From contig MGGJ01000001.1 of assembly GCA_001792345.1 (NCBI GenBank), positions 292,688-356,687 on the forward strand: a stretch of DNA of 64,000 bases, read 5' to 3'. Made by a program: the position numbers and the translations under genes. The stretch's first letter is position 1; each line of letters starts with the position of its first letter. This DNA comes from Candidatus Woesebacteria bacterium RIFCSPHIGHO2_01_FULL_39_32 (GTDB lineage: Bacteria > Patescibacteriota > Microgenomatia > UBA8517). A model generated the notes under the pieces. That model was not told where the DNA came from, made no database searches, and saw only the letters and a program-made list of their open reading frames with translations. Shown here piece after piece: positions 16,373 through 25,524 of this stretch.

Positions 16373-16437
16373 AATTTTTGCGTTTTTCTTCATTCTTTTT
16401 ATTACGGCAACTCTCGGCGAATTTGAATTATGCCTTT

Positions 16438-16475
16438 GCAGCGCTGTCTGCGGAGGGGGGCGCAGCCAGCGCTGC
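16438..16475. other. GC-rich hairpin downstream of tRNA-Val
   Basis: GCAGCGCTG-T-CTGCG-loop-CGCAG-C-CAGCGCTGC. Confidence 0.6.
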
Positions 16476-16501
16476 TCCCACTTCCGACTCGATTTCCTTT
16501 T

Positions 16502-16577
16502 TGGTGACCGCTGAAGGATTCGAACCTTCGACCTCTTCGATGTGAACGAAGCGCTCTTCCGGCTGAGCTAAGCGGTC
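16502..16577 (-). tRNA. tRNA-Val (CAC), CCA encoded
   Basis: GACCGCTTAGCTCAGCCGGAAGAGCGCTTCGTTCACATCGAAGAGGTCGAAGGTTCGAATCCTTCAGCGGTCACCA. Confidence 0.95.
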
Positions 16578-16601
16578 TTACAGTGTTTATTTTACCAAAA
16601 T

Positions 16602-17528
16602 CTAAATCAAAATTCTTTGCGAGAAATAGTATGCGAGATTTGTATCGGGGCTAAAACCTTCTCTGTAATGTCTCTCAATTCCTCTTCTTTCCATTTCTTC
16701 ATAAATTTTCGGAATTGCTGCGTTACCACTTTTGTATCCCAGCCAAACATCATCAGGATCAAATACTGCTGTGGCCAGGCGATTATTTCTTGCATACAAA
16801 CTGGGTGATATTAAAATTCCATCATAATTTATATTAGGAGGTTTTCTGCTAAGGTTCACCGATATCTTGAGAGAATCGGGAGCAATAAGTTTAGCGATGT
16901 TGAAAGGTAGGTCGTTAACTCTTATAAATCCGCCATCTACTAAGGGATAATATTCTTTAATAATTGGGTAGCTGATAAAAAACGGAACACTACAAGAAGC
17001 TTGAACGGCTTTTCCTATTAAATCCGAACTTTCCTCCCAGAATATTCTTGCACTCTTTCTTAACCTAGATATCTGGGTAGTTACTATGAGGCAAGGCGTG
17101 TATTTAGTGGGATCTTTCAAATCATTTTGGTGGGAGTTTATGTATCCAGATAACCTGTCGAAGCATACAAATCCGCCATTTTTTAAAAATGTTAGTTGAC
17201 TTATTTGGTTCCAACTCATTCTTTCAGCTAAGTATTTTGTTTTGAGTAACTCCGACAATGATCCTACCTTGGATGCGATAGCACCAACCGCGCCAGCACT
17301 TGTTCCAACTGCCATATCCAAAGGAACTCCCGCTTCAAGTAATGCTGCTATTACTCCGATATGTTGAGGGGATTTAGCTCCACCGCCTCCCAGAACAATA
17401 ACTAGAGCTTGGTCACCTTTATCTATTACATCCCTAATTCTTTTTGGTATAGACTCTGGATTATTATTTTTTATTGATTCGAATTCGGAGAGTAATATGC
17501 TTGAAGAGATAGATTTTCTTTCAGGCAT
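16602..17528 (-). CDS. Patatin-like phospholipase
   Basis: LGGGGAK, GTSAG, ASCSVP, LVDGG. Confidence 0.9.
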   Translation of the reverse strand: MPERKSISSSILLSEFESIKNNNPESIPKRIRDVIDKGDQALVIVLGGGGAKSPQHIGVIAALLEAGVPLDMAVGTSAGAVGAIASKVGSLSELLKTKYLAERMSWNQISQLTFLKNGGFVCFDRLSGYINSHQNDLKDPTKYTPCLIVTTQISRLRKSARIFWEESSDLIGKAVQASCSVPFFISYPIIKEYYPLVDGGFIRVNDLPFNIAKLIAPDSLKISVNLSRKPPNINYDGILISPSLYARNNRLATAVFDPDDVWLGYKSGNAAIPKIYEEMERRGIERHYREGFSPDTNLAYYFSQRILI

Positions 17529-17565
17529 TTAAAAATATTACATTAGGTATTTGTTATACTAAAGT

Positions 17566-18255
17566 ATGAGTATTACTGTAAGAAGATATATTTTCTACAC
17601 TATTTGGTTTTTTATTATCCTTTCTGGTCCGATTACTGTTTTTAGGAATACTTCTGCCGAATCCTTCTTCTCAAGCAGTATTGTAATGACAAATACTTTT
17701 CAAAGGCTGACTGGTCTTTTAGCATTTTCGCTAATCTTTATTCAAATAGCACTTGGGGCTCATATGAACAGATTTATTCAAATAATAGGTGCTAAAGCAT
17801 ATAGAATTCATACTCTTCAGGGATTAGTTACTTATGGATTTATGTTTGTACATCCTCTTTTTCAAAATATAATTGTCTATCAAGTTTCTAAAAGTTTTAC
17901 AGAATCGTTATTGGTTTTTGTGCCAAGTATGGGGAGTCAAAGAGATGTGCTGCTTGTTTTTGGAAGAATGGCATTTTTGTTGGGAACTATTTCAGTAATT
18001 GCTGCTTATTTCAGAACAAAATCTTTTTTCAGAAGGAATTGGAGGGCTTTTCATATTCTAAACTATTTAGTTTTTTACTTAGTTTTTTATCACGCTCGGG
18101 TTGGAAGCGACCTGGCCTCTCAGCCTTTTGATTTGGTGTATTGGGCGGCATTCATTTTTGTTAGCGGTACAATTTTTTATAGATTTACTTTTCGGTTGGT
18201 GAAAAAATTTATTCCTGTCAGGGCTGTTAACGAGAAATTACCTACACAAAAGTGA
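17566..18255 (+). CDS. Ferric-reductase-like transmembrane (heme b) protein
   Basis: Six TM segments with His pairs (RIHTLQG...VHPL; WRAFHILNY...FYH). Confidence 0.75.
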   Translation: MSITVRRYIFYTIWFFIILSGPITVFRNTSAESFFSSSIVMTNTFQRLTGLLAFSLIFIQIALGAHMNRFIQIIGAKAYRIHTLQGLVTYGFMFVHPLFQNIIVYQVSKSFTESLLVFVPSMGSQRDVLLVFGRMAFLLGTISVIAAYFRTKSFFRRNWRAFHILNYLVFYLVFYHARVGSDLASQPFDLVYWAAFIFVSGTIFYRFTFRLVKKFIPVRAVNEKLPTQK

Positions 18256-18270
18256 TATTATAGAAATATT

Positions 18271-18942
18271 ATGGATGATGTGTCTCGTTGGGATTTAATT
18301 CATCAAAAGGCTCATAAAGAGGATGAGTGGCACTCTGTCTACGCTGAGGAAAAAGAGAAACTTTTTCCGAGAAATGCAATGATTATTGAACTTGGTTCCG
18401 GGACAGGTGCAGACGCAATATACTTTTTAAAACAGGGTCACAGCGTTATTGCCCTTGATATATCCACATTTGCTTTAAATGCGCTTGAAACCCGAGTAAA
18501 AAAAGAAAATCTTGCCCAAAAGCTTACAACACAACAAGTTGATTTTGGTTTACACGATTTGCCCATAAAAGAAGGTTCTGTAGATGTTGCTTATTCCAGA
18601 ATTTCTTTAAATTATTTTGGAGCGAAACATACAACAAAACTTTTTAGTGATATTTACAGGATGTTAAAGCCAGGAGGAGCGGCATATCTATCTTTTCGCT
18701 CTCCGGAGGATGCGAATGAGATGGAATATTTTGAGAAGAGTTCGGTTTTATATGAGCCAAATGTATTCATAGAAGGGGAAATACTACGTAGTAGATTCAC
18801 AGCTACCCAACTTGAACAGATGCTAATAAACGCCGGTATACCACAATTTAGCGTAGAAGCCTATCAAGAAGATTTGTCTGCAAAAGGAGAGAATCATCAT
18901 CCAATTTTATACGTAAATGACATATACTTTATGAAACAATGA
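18271..18942 (+). CDS. Class I SAM-dependent methyltransferase
   Basis: IELGSGTGAD, ALDIS, MLKPGG. Confidence 0.9.
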   Translation: MDDVSRWDLIHQKAHKEDEWHSVYAEEKEKLFPRNAMIIELGSGTGADAIYFLKQGHSVIALDISTFALNALETRVKKENLAQKLTTQQVDFGLHDLPIKEGSVDVAYSRISLNYFGAKHTTKLFSDIYRMLKPGGAAYLSFRSPEDANEMEYFEKSSVLYEPNVFIEGEILRSRFTATQLEQMLINAGIPQFSVEAYQEDLSAKGENHHPILYVNDIYFMKQ

Positions 18943-20111
18943 TGAAGAAGGTCTTCTATCTAATTTTTGTCTTTCTAGTGTTTTCGGTTACTTTATTGCC
19001 TGGAAAAGTTGGTGCACAAACTGAAAGAAGGTCCATTAAAGTTGCTACGGTTCCTACAGGAACGGTTGTAGATGAAAATTTTGTGATAAAAGCTGGAGAA
19101 TCTGTGGAAATTTCTGGTGAAGTAAACGGCGAAGTCATAGTTGCCGGTGGAGAAGTACTGGTTGATGGAAAAATTAACGGAGACTTGTTAGTTGCAGGAG
19201 GAACGGTAATGATTTCAGGTGAGGTTACTCAAGACTTAAGAGTAGCAGGTGGTCAAGTAACGATAATCGGGACTGTTGGAGGAAATGTGACAGTCGCAGG
19301 AGGAAATGTTGAAATCACCCAATCAGCCAAACTTGGTGGGGGAGTAGTAACATTCGCGGGAAATACTCTATTATCAAGTGTTGTCCCGGGAGATGTTCAT
19401 ATCTTTGGTGGTTCTCTGACATTGGCAAGTGATGTCAGAGGTAGTATCAATGCATTTGTAGAGAACCTACGTGTAAAATCCTCAGCCAAAGTGGGTGGTG
19501 ATATTAATTACACCAGCGAAAACGAAGCCTCAATTGATCCGGGTGCCAGTATATCCGGAAAGCTTGTAAGGAGTCCACTACCTGTGTCTTTAAGATCACA
19601 AAATCTTTCTTCTTCACGGCAATTTTTTAGAGGATTCGGTTTACAAGTAAAACTTTTTAGCTTTGTGATAGCATTTTATATGGGGCTTTTGCTGTTGAGA
19701 TTTCTGCCCAATTTTACTTTAAACGTTTCTAAAATAGTTGGAGAAAGGCCATTAAAGTCGGTCCTATACGGATTTACTTCTCTGATAATTACCCCTTTTA
19801 TAATTTTTGTTTTTCTTATAACAATTGTCGGGATACCGCTGGGACTCATTTTGATTTTTTCCTATATCTTGAGTTTATATTTAGCCAAAATATACGTTTC
19901 ATATTGGTTAGGCAGGACTCTTTTTGGAAAAGAAGTTGCAAATAGGCGCTATCTGCCGTATGGTTTGGGGCTTATTACACTATATGCAATTTCTTTTATA
20001 CCTTTTTTTGGGGGACTTATAAGTTTTATCGCTTTAATTTTGGGTTTTGGTGCTGCAATTTTTGGCTCGCTTGAGCTTTATCAAAAAGCCTTAAAAGTCA
20101 AAGTCATTTGA
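18939..20111 (+). CDS. Membrane protein with N-terminal beta-helical (polymer-forming cytoskeletal-like) repeats
   Basis: Repeated VAGG.V.I.G.V.GD units followed by a multi-TM C-terminus (ITIVGIPLG). Confidence 0.8.
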   Translation: MMKKVFYLIFVFLVFSVTLLPGKVGAQTERRSIKVATVPTGTVVDENFVIKAGESVEISGEVNGEVIVAGGEVLVDGKINGDLLVAGGTVMISGEVTQDLRVAGGQVTIIGTVGGNVTVAGGNVEITQSAKLGGGVVTFAGNTLLSSVVPGDVHIFGGSLTLASDVRGSINAFVENLRVKSSAKVGGDINYTSENEASIDPGASISGKLVRSPLPVSLRSQNLSSSRQFFRGFGLQVKLFSFVIAFYMGLLLLRFLPNFTLNVSKIVGERPLKSVLYGFTSLIITPFIIFVFLITIVGIPLGLILIFSYILSLYLAKIYVSYWLGRTLFGKEVANRRYLPYGLGLITLYAISFIPFFGGLISFIALILGFGAAIFGSLELYQKALKVKVI

Positions 20112-20439
20112 GAACGTCTGCTTCTTTTTCGTATCGTTTGAGATATTTCCATAAGTACCAACAAAAAAGTGCAATGATGGGTCCGGCCGGAGTCATTAAT
20201 AAAAATTCCCAGTTAAAAATCACTGCCAACACAATGGAAATTAAGCTTGGAATACTACCAAGTATTAGCCAGTTTTTCAAGAAAGACCAGTCATTTGTTG
20301 TCAATTGAGGTCCTTCTTTTTTTACTCTTTTTATTTCATGGACGTTGACGAGGCTCAGTGAAACCGGCTGGCTATTAATTTTTTCCTTCTCTTTTTCAAT
20401 TTCAAATGAAGTTTTTGACGTTCCGGGAATATCTGTCAT
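20104..20439 (-). CDS. Hypothetical two-TM protein
   Basis: ORF with a hydrophobic hairpin; -10 box just upstream. Confidence 0.55.
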   Translation of the reverse strand: MTDIPGTSKTSFEIEKEKEKINSQPVSLSLVNVHEIKRVKKEGPQLTTNDWSFLKNWLILGSIPSLISIVLAVIFNWEFLLMTPAGPIIALFCWYLWKYLKRYEKEADVLK

Positions 20440-20495
20440 TAACCTAGTATATCATCGTACGAAAGATATTTATTCCTTTGAATGATTCACCGGCT

Positions 20496-21107
20496 TCATA
20501 TTAAATTTTTTCTAGCTACAATTTTTCTTTTGTTGTAAGAAATTAAATTTTGCCTTTCAAATGACTTCATTTGTCGACTTATGGTTTCTCTACTCACACC
20601 TAACCAATTTGCTAAGTCTTTATGAGTAAAAGGAATCTGAATCGAATAACCCCTTTTTCCCTCCCTAGCGAAGTTTTTAACAAAGTGAGCTAAAAGTGAA
20701 AGCAGCCGTTTTCGAACGTCGTTGCCTAAAGTATTCTCTAAACGATTCACCATTCCATTTAGGCCAAGTGAGAGGCGTTTTGTAAGATCATATAATACAT
20801 CGGGTTCGCTCTTAAGAAAATTTATAACTTTTTGAGGATTCACAGCTTTTAGAGAGACGCTGGTAAGAGTTTCAAAATAAAATCTGTTTTGCGACTTTGC
20901 GATAAAAAGCATTATAGGAAAGAAAGAACCTGGTTTAAAAATATGAATGTTAATTTCTTCTCCACTCGAAGTTAGTAAATACTGACGAACGTTACCTTTC
21001 AGAAGAAAAAAAATTTTTTCAATAGGTTCACCACCCTTAATTAGAACTTTTTCTTTTTTATATGTTTTGGCAGGAACATTTTTAAGAAATAAATCTATTT
21101 CTTTCAT
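20496..21107 (-). CDS. Crp/Fnr family transcriptional regulator
   Basis: cNMP-binding-like N-domain; HTH FTHKDLANWLGVSRETISR. Confidence 0.92.
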   Translation of the reverse strand: MKEIDLFLKNVPAKTYKKEKVLIKGGEPIEKIFFLLKGNVRQYLLTSSGEEINIHIFKPGSFFPIMLFIAKSQNRFYFETLTSVSLKAVNPQKVINFLKSEPDVLYDLTKRLSLGLNGMVNRLENTLGNDVRKRLLSLLAHFVKNFAREGKRGYSIQIPFTHKDLANWLGVSRETISRQMKSFERQNLISYNKRKIVARKNLI

Positions 21108-21217
21108 TATGCCGAATTATATCACTGATTTTATAGTGATATAATTTTTCGCAATTAAAAGTGTACTACAATTAATTTATTGTTGAAAATAATGTACTTT
21201 AGGTATATAAATAAGGC

Positions 21218-21538
21218 ATGGAATATTTTGCAAAAGCCAGGAACTATTTATCTACGGTTGATTCTGCAAAAGCCGATCTCTTGGATAAAAAAGCAAATGA
21301 GCTTTTGTACGATGAAGATGCGTATGAGCGAGCCTCCCAGGCTCTGAGAAGAAGGTTTTCAAGGGGAGCCGGAGAGGTTGAAGGTATTGATCGAGGTATA
21401 AGAACAACCAAAATAAAAAGAGAACGGATTGGAGGAAAATATAAATATATGGTGCAAGGATCTGACGGTAACTGGTTTGAACCCGATGAGAGAATTTGGG
21501 TAGTATCAATGTATGCCCTCTGGCAAGATTCGAAGTAG
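21218..21538 (+). CDS. Hypothetical protein
   Basis: 106-aa ORF divergent from the Crp/Fnr gene, with TTGAAA..TATATA upstream. Confidence 0.65.
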   Translation: MEYFAKARNYLSTVDSAKADLLDKKANELLYDEDAYERASQALRRRFSRGAGEVEGIDRGIRTTKIKRERIGGKYKYMVQGSDGNWFEPDERIWVVSMYALWQDSK

Positions 21539-23114
21539 TACACATTTCCATAACTTTTTATTCCTTTTATTAATCTTCCTGATTAGTCTGTGGAGTTTAA
21601 AGCCAATATTAAATTCCCCCGGTAGAACTTTAGTTGATGCGGGCGATGATATACTAATTACCTGGATAATTAATCAAAATATCCAGAAAATTCCATATGA
21701 TCTTGACGCAATCTTCGAAGGGAACATTTTTTACCCTTACAAAAATACCCTTTCTTACTCTGAACATTTTTTACCATCAGCTATTTTGTCTTTCCTTCCG
21801 GTAAAGATTTCAGGTCTTCCAATTTTGGCTTACAACTTTAATCTTATTTTCGGTCAAATAGCGACAGTGACGGTATTATATTTATGGTTTTCTGAAATGA
21901 CTAAAGATAAATTTTCCTCTTTCGTCGCTGCAACTGCACTTGGAGTATCACAAATTAGAATATTTTACTTTGCACATCTTCAGATGTGGAATATGCAGTG
22001 GTGGCTAATCGCCCTTTGGATGATTTGGAGGTTCAGAACATACTCTAAAGTAAAACACTTGTATCTGGCGGGAATTTTTTCTGCAATTCAGTTTTGGGAA
22101 AGTGTTCTTCCACTATATTTTATATTTTTCGGTTTTTTATTAATGTTTTTTTCTCGAATGAAAATACTGATCAAAAATTATAGACACATCTTAGGCGCTT
22201 TACTAACTTTCTCGATTTTTACTATGCCTTTAATTAATAGCTATTTAAAAGTATCGCAAGAATTTAGGTATGTTCGTTCTATTCGTGATGCGGCCCATTT
22301 TTCAATGAGCGTAGATGAATTGTGGGGAAGATTTTTTAGCCCCGGTCTTTTTGGTCTGACTCTAATTTCGGTTTTATTATTTGACAAGAAAGTCTTCAAT
22401 AAAATAAAAGATTTGAAATGGGTCATTTTATTAACAATGTTTGCTTTTGTTATGTCTTTGGGGCCTGTCTTAAAATGGCAAGGGGAAACATTTAAAATTT
22501 GGGAGAGAATCTTTATACCCCTTCCATACGGAGTGTTTTATTACATAATCCCCGGATTTGGATCTTTAAGAACACCGCTTCGTTGGTTATGGCTTTTTGC
22601 TTTGGGGTTATCGATTTTTTCTGTAATCTCACTTTCGTTATATAAGTCGAAACTTAGAAATATTATTCTAGCAGGTTGTTTATTGGTCGTATTATTTGGT
22701 GGAGCGCGGATAAGAAAAGTGTATTATGCTCCGGTTCCTTCTCAATACCCACAAGTGTATAAGTTTCTAAGAAACCAAGAGAAGGAAGTCGTAATCGAGT
22801 TACCTATGTATAACTGGGCTTTCGGAGAACCCGCTAAAAATGAATTTTGGCGAATGCTTTACAGTTTAGAGCATAGAAAGAAGTTGGTTAATGGAGCATC
22901 AGGATTTGCTCCACCGGAATACGAAGCTTTGGCGGATATTCTTTGGAGTAGATTTCCTTCAATTGAGCTCGAAAGTAAACTAAAAGAAATTGGTGTAAAT
23001 TATATTGTAGTTCATAAGAAGGAATTTGATTCCGAAAAATTACAAGAAATATCCAATTGGGGTAAAGAAAAAATTATTTATGAAGATGATAAAGAGTCTG
23101 TCTACGAGATATAA
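21513..23114 (+). CDS. Multi-TM GT-C/YfhO-like membrane glycosyltransferase
   Basis: GNIFYPY..TL.YSE, LSLGP-like, LRTPLRW, VIELP, LVNGASG; many TM helices. Confidence 0.65.
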   Translation: MPSGKIRSSTHFHNFLFLLLIFLISLWSLKPILNSPGRTLVDAGDDILITWIINQNIQKIPYDLDAIFEGNIFYPYKNTLSYSEHFLPSAILSFLPVKISGLPILAYNFNLIFGQIATVTVLYLWFSEMTKDKFSSFVAATALGVSQIRIFYFAHLQMWNMQWWLIALWMIWRFRTYSKVKHLYLAGIFSAIQFWESVLPLYFIFFGFLLMFFSRMKILIKNYRHILGALLTFSIFTMPLINSYLKVSQEFRYVRSIRDAAHFSMSVDELWGRFFSPGLFGLTLISVLLFDKKVFNKIKDLKWVILLTMFAFVMSLGPVLKWQGETFKIWERIFIPLPYGVFYYIIPGFGSLRTPLRWLWLFALGLSIFSVISLSLYKSKLRNIILAGCLLVVLFGGARIRKVYYAPVPSQYPQVYKFLRNQEKEVVIELPMYNWAFGEPAKNEFWRMLYSLEHRKKLVNGASGFAPPEYEALADILWSRFPSIELESKLKEIGVNYIVVHKKEFDSEKLQEISNWGKEKIIYEDDKESVYEI

Positions 23115-23168
23115 TGTTTATACTTATTGTAACTTATATCGTTTTTGGTTTAGGATAGGAATAGTACC

Positions 23169-23618
23169 ATGCTGAAGATAAGAAGGGTTTTTCTTAGTTT
23201 TAAAAAATTCCTGCCTAAGAATTTTAGAAAAGCATTTCTACTGCTTTATATATTTGGTTTGGTTTTAGGGTTAATTCTGACACTTGTTTACGCTTTTGTT
23301 CCGTCGTTTGTAACTTGTGCTTCTTTTTTCGCAGAAAATTTTTGTACTCCGGCGGGTATATTTTTGATTTTAGCTTTGTCTTTGCCTGGGTATCTTGTTG
23401 CGGGTAATATTTTAGCACTTTTACCTGAAATACCTTGGGTACCTTCCCTTATAATCGTTATCGTCACATCTGGAGCATTCTACTTTCTCATCGGTTTACT
23501 TATTGATAAAAAACGAAGGAAAAAGATTTCAGTTTCGGGGATTAATAAGCTAGTTATTTATTTATCTTTTGGGCTACTTCTTCTTTTTTTAATTTCCTTG
23601 TTGCAAGCAATCATTTAA
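23169..23618 (+). CDS. Hypothetical membrane protein
   Basis: About four hydrophobic helices; translationally coupled (TAATG) to the next gene. Confidence 0.6.
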   Translation: MLKIRRVFLSFKKFLPKNFRKAFLLLYIFGLVLGLILTLVYAFVPSFVTCASFFAENFCTPAGIFLILALSLPGYLVAGNILALLPEIPWVPSLIIVIVTSGAFYFLIGLLIDKKRRKKISVSGINKLVIYLSFGLLLLFLISLLQAII

Positions 23619-25483
23619 TGCTGAAAAAGTTACTACTTATCACTTTCCTTTTCCTTTTTGTATTAATACCAAAAAAAATTTCAGCGCAGCAAGAATTTTC
23701 CGGAGATTTTTACGCAATAACAGACTTCAGCTCCGTTATTGAAGTACAAAAAGATACAACACTTCTGATAACCGAAACAATAAGTGTAAATTTTCCTGAC
23801 TACAGACACGGAATTTATAGGGTTATACCCATTACATACTCGGTTAGAGGTAAAACGCTAAATTCAAGGTTGAAAGTTTTAAGAATTACGGATGGAGAAG
23901 GAAAATCGGTTCATTACGAAAAAAGTAGGCGGGGACAAAGTGTAAGTTTAAAAATTGGAGATCCCGACATTACTCTAACCGGTTTACAAACATATGTAAT
24001 TACTTATACCGTTGACAGAGTGATCCAAAGATATGAAACACATGATGAAGTTTACTGGAATATTACCGGAAGCGAATGGGATACGGATATTCTAAAAGCT
24101 AGTGCAGTAGTTAGATCTTCTTTTGCGGAAATAGAAAGAAGTGAATGTTTTGGGGGACCCATTGGAACTACTAGTAAAGAGTGTAGAGCAGAAAGCTCTG
24201 AAAAAGAAAGTTCTTTTTCGGCAACAACTCAACTGGGATATGGGCAAGATTTCACAGTTGTGGTTGCACTTGACAAGAATAGTGAACTTATTTTTCCTGG
24301 GAGGTTTGAGACACTGCTTTTAATATCTGCCGACAATTGGGGTTATCCTATTTCGTTAATACCCTTTGGAATAATGATTTATTTTTGGTTTAAAAAGGGA
24401 CGTGACAAGCGCTTCCTTGCTGATACCGTTTATTACAAACCCAAAGACGCAAAAGAAACAACGGTAAGTCCTTTCGCGCGTAAATTCCTACCTATGGTTT
24501 ATCATCCAATTGACGGTTTTACACCTTCTCAAATCGGAACAATTGTTGATGAAAAGGTGGATATCCACGATATTGTTGCAGAAATAGTCGAGCTAGCTAG
24601 ACTTGGATTTTTACGTATTGAAAAAATTGAGAAAGATAAGTTAATTGGCAAAGAAACCGACTATGCGATATATAAACTTGAAAAAGACGTGGCTAAATTA
24701 AATGAGTATCAACTATATCTCTTGGATAAGCTATTTGATAAAGACTACACTTCTGCTTCAATCAAAGGGATCGAACGATTGTTTAAAGATAATGACAGAA
24801 GGTTGAAAGATTTATTAAAACTTACAACAAATGAGAATATTGTGCTTATATCTTCACTCAAAAATAAATTTTACGCACATTTAGAAGAATTCAGAAAAGA
24901 ACTTTATAAGTCGCTTGGTAACGAAAAGATATTTGACGGAAAAGTTGATCAAGTTCGAGGAAAGTGGATTGCGATATTTGTTGGTTTAGATGCTGTCGTG
25001 GCGATTCTACTTTTTAATTTTGTAAATATAACCGCAAATTTCTTTCCTTTAATAATCTTTGGATTATTATCAGTTCCATCCTTTTTCTTTGCATACGCAA
25101 TGCCTCGAAAAACAGCTTGGGGATACTCACTCTATCAGCAAATTAGAGGTTTAGCATATTACCTGAAAAAAGGTAAATGGAGGCACGAAATTGCTGAAAA
25201 ACACCTCTTTTTCGAAGAAATGATTCCATTGGCAATCTCTTTGGAAGTGATAGACAAATTAGCAAAGGACATGCAGGACTTGGGTGTCAAACCACCCTCT
25301 TATTTTGCTGGAACGGCAACAGGTACTCTCTATTCCGATTTAAGCACTTTTGAATCTCGCGCTTCGACAAATCTAGTATCCGCCCCAGGAGGGAAAGGGT
25401 CATCCTCTTGGTCGGGTGGTTCCGGTTTTTCGGGAGGAGGATCCGGCGGTGGTTTTGGTGGCGGTGGAGGAGGAAGTTGGTAA
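23618..25483 (+). CDS. DUF2207 family membrane protein
   Basis: RHGIYRVIP, DEVYWNITG.EW, Gly/Ser tail GGGSGGGFGGGGGGSW. Confidence 0.9.
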   Translation: MLKKLLLITFLFLFVLIPKKISAQQEFSGDFYAITDFSSVIEVQKDTTLLITETISVNFPDYRHGIYRVIPITYSVRGKTLNSRLKVLRITDGEGKSVHYEKSRRGQSVSLKIGDPDITLTGLQTYVITYTVDRVIQRYETHDEVYWNITGSEWDTDILKASAVVRSSFAEIERSECFGGPIGTTSKECRAESSEKESSFSATTQLGYGQDFTVVVALDKNSELIFPGRFETLLLISADNWGYPISLIPFGIMIYFWFKKGRDKRFLADTVYYKPKDAKETTVSPFARKFLPMVYHPIDGFTPSQIGTIVDEKVDIHDIVAEIVELARLGFLRIEKIEKDKLIGKETDYAIYKLEKDVAKLNEYQLYLLDKLFDKDYTSASIKGIERLFKDNDRRLKDLLKLTTNENIVLISSLKNKFYAHLEEFRKELYKSLGNEKIFDGKVDQVRGKWIAIFVGLDAVVAILLFNFVNITANFFPLIIFGLLSVPSFFFAYAMPRKTAWGYSLYQQIRGLAYYLKKGKWRHEIAEKHLFFEEMIPLAISLEVIDKLAKDMQDLGVKPPSYFAGTATGTLYSDLSTFESRASTNLVSAPGGKGSSSWSGGSGFSGGGSGGGFGGGGGGSW

Positions 25484-25524
25484 ACAAATGGTAGTTAGTT
25501 GCGAGTAGTTAGCAGTTGGAAAAA

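Noticed and set aside
21121-21140. ATCACT-N8-AGTGAT palindrome beside the Crp/Fnr gene
   Set aside because: Orientation and spacing do not match Crp (TGTGA-N6-TCACA) or FNR (TTGAT-N4-ATCAA) sites; too short to support alone.
25388-25483. GC-rich Gly/Ser repeat
   Set aside because: Ordinary C-terminal tail of DUF2207 proteins.
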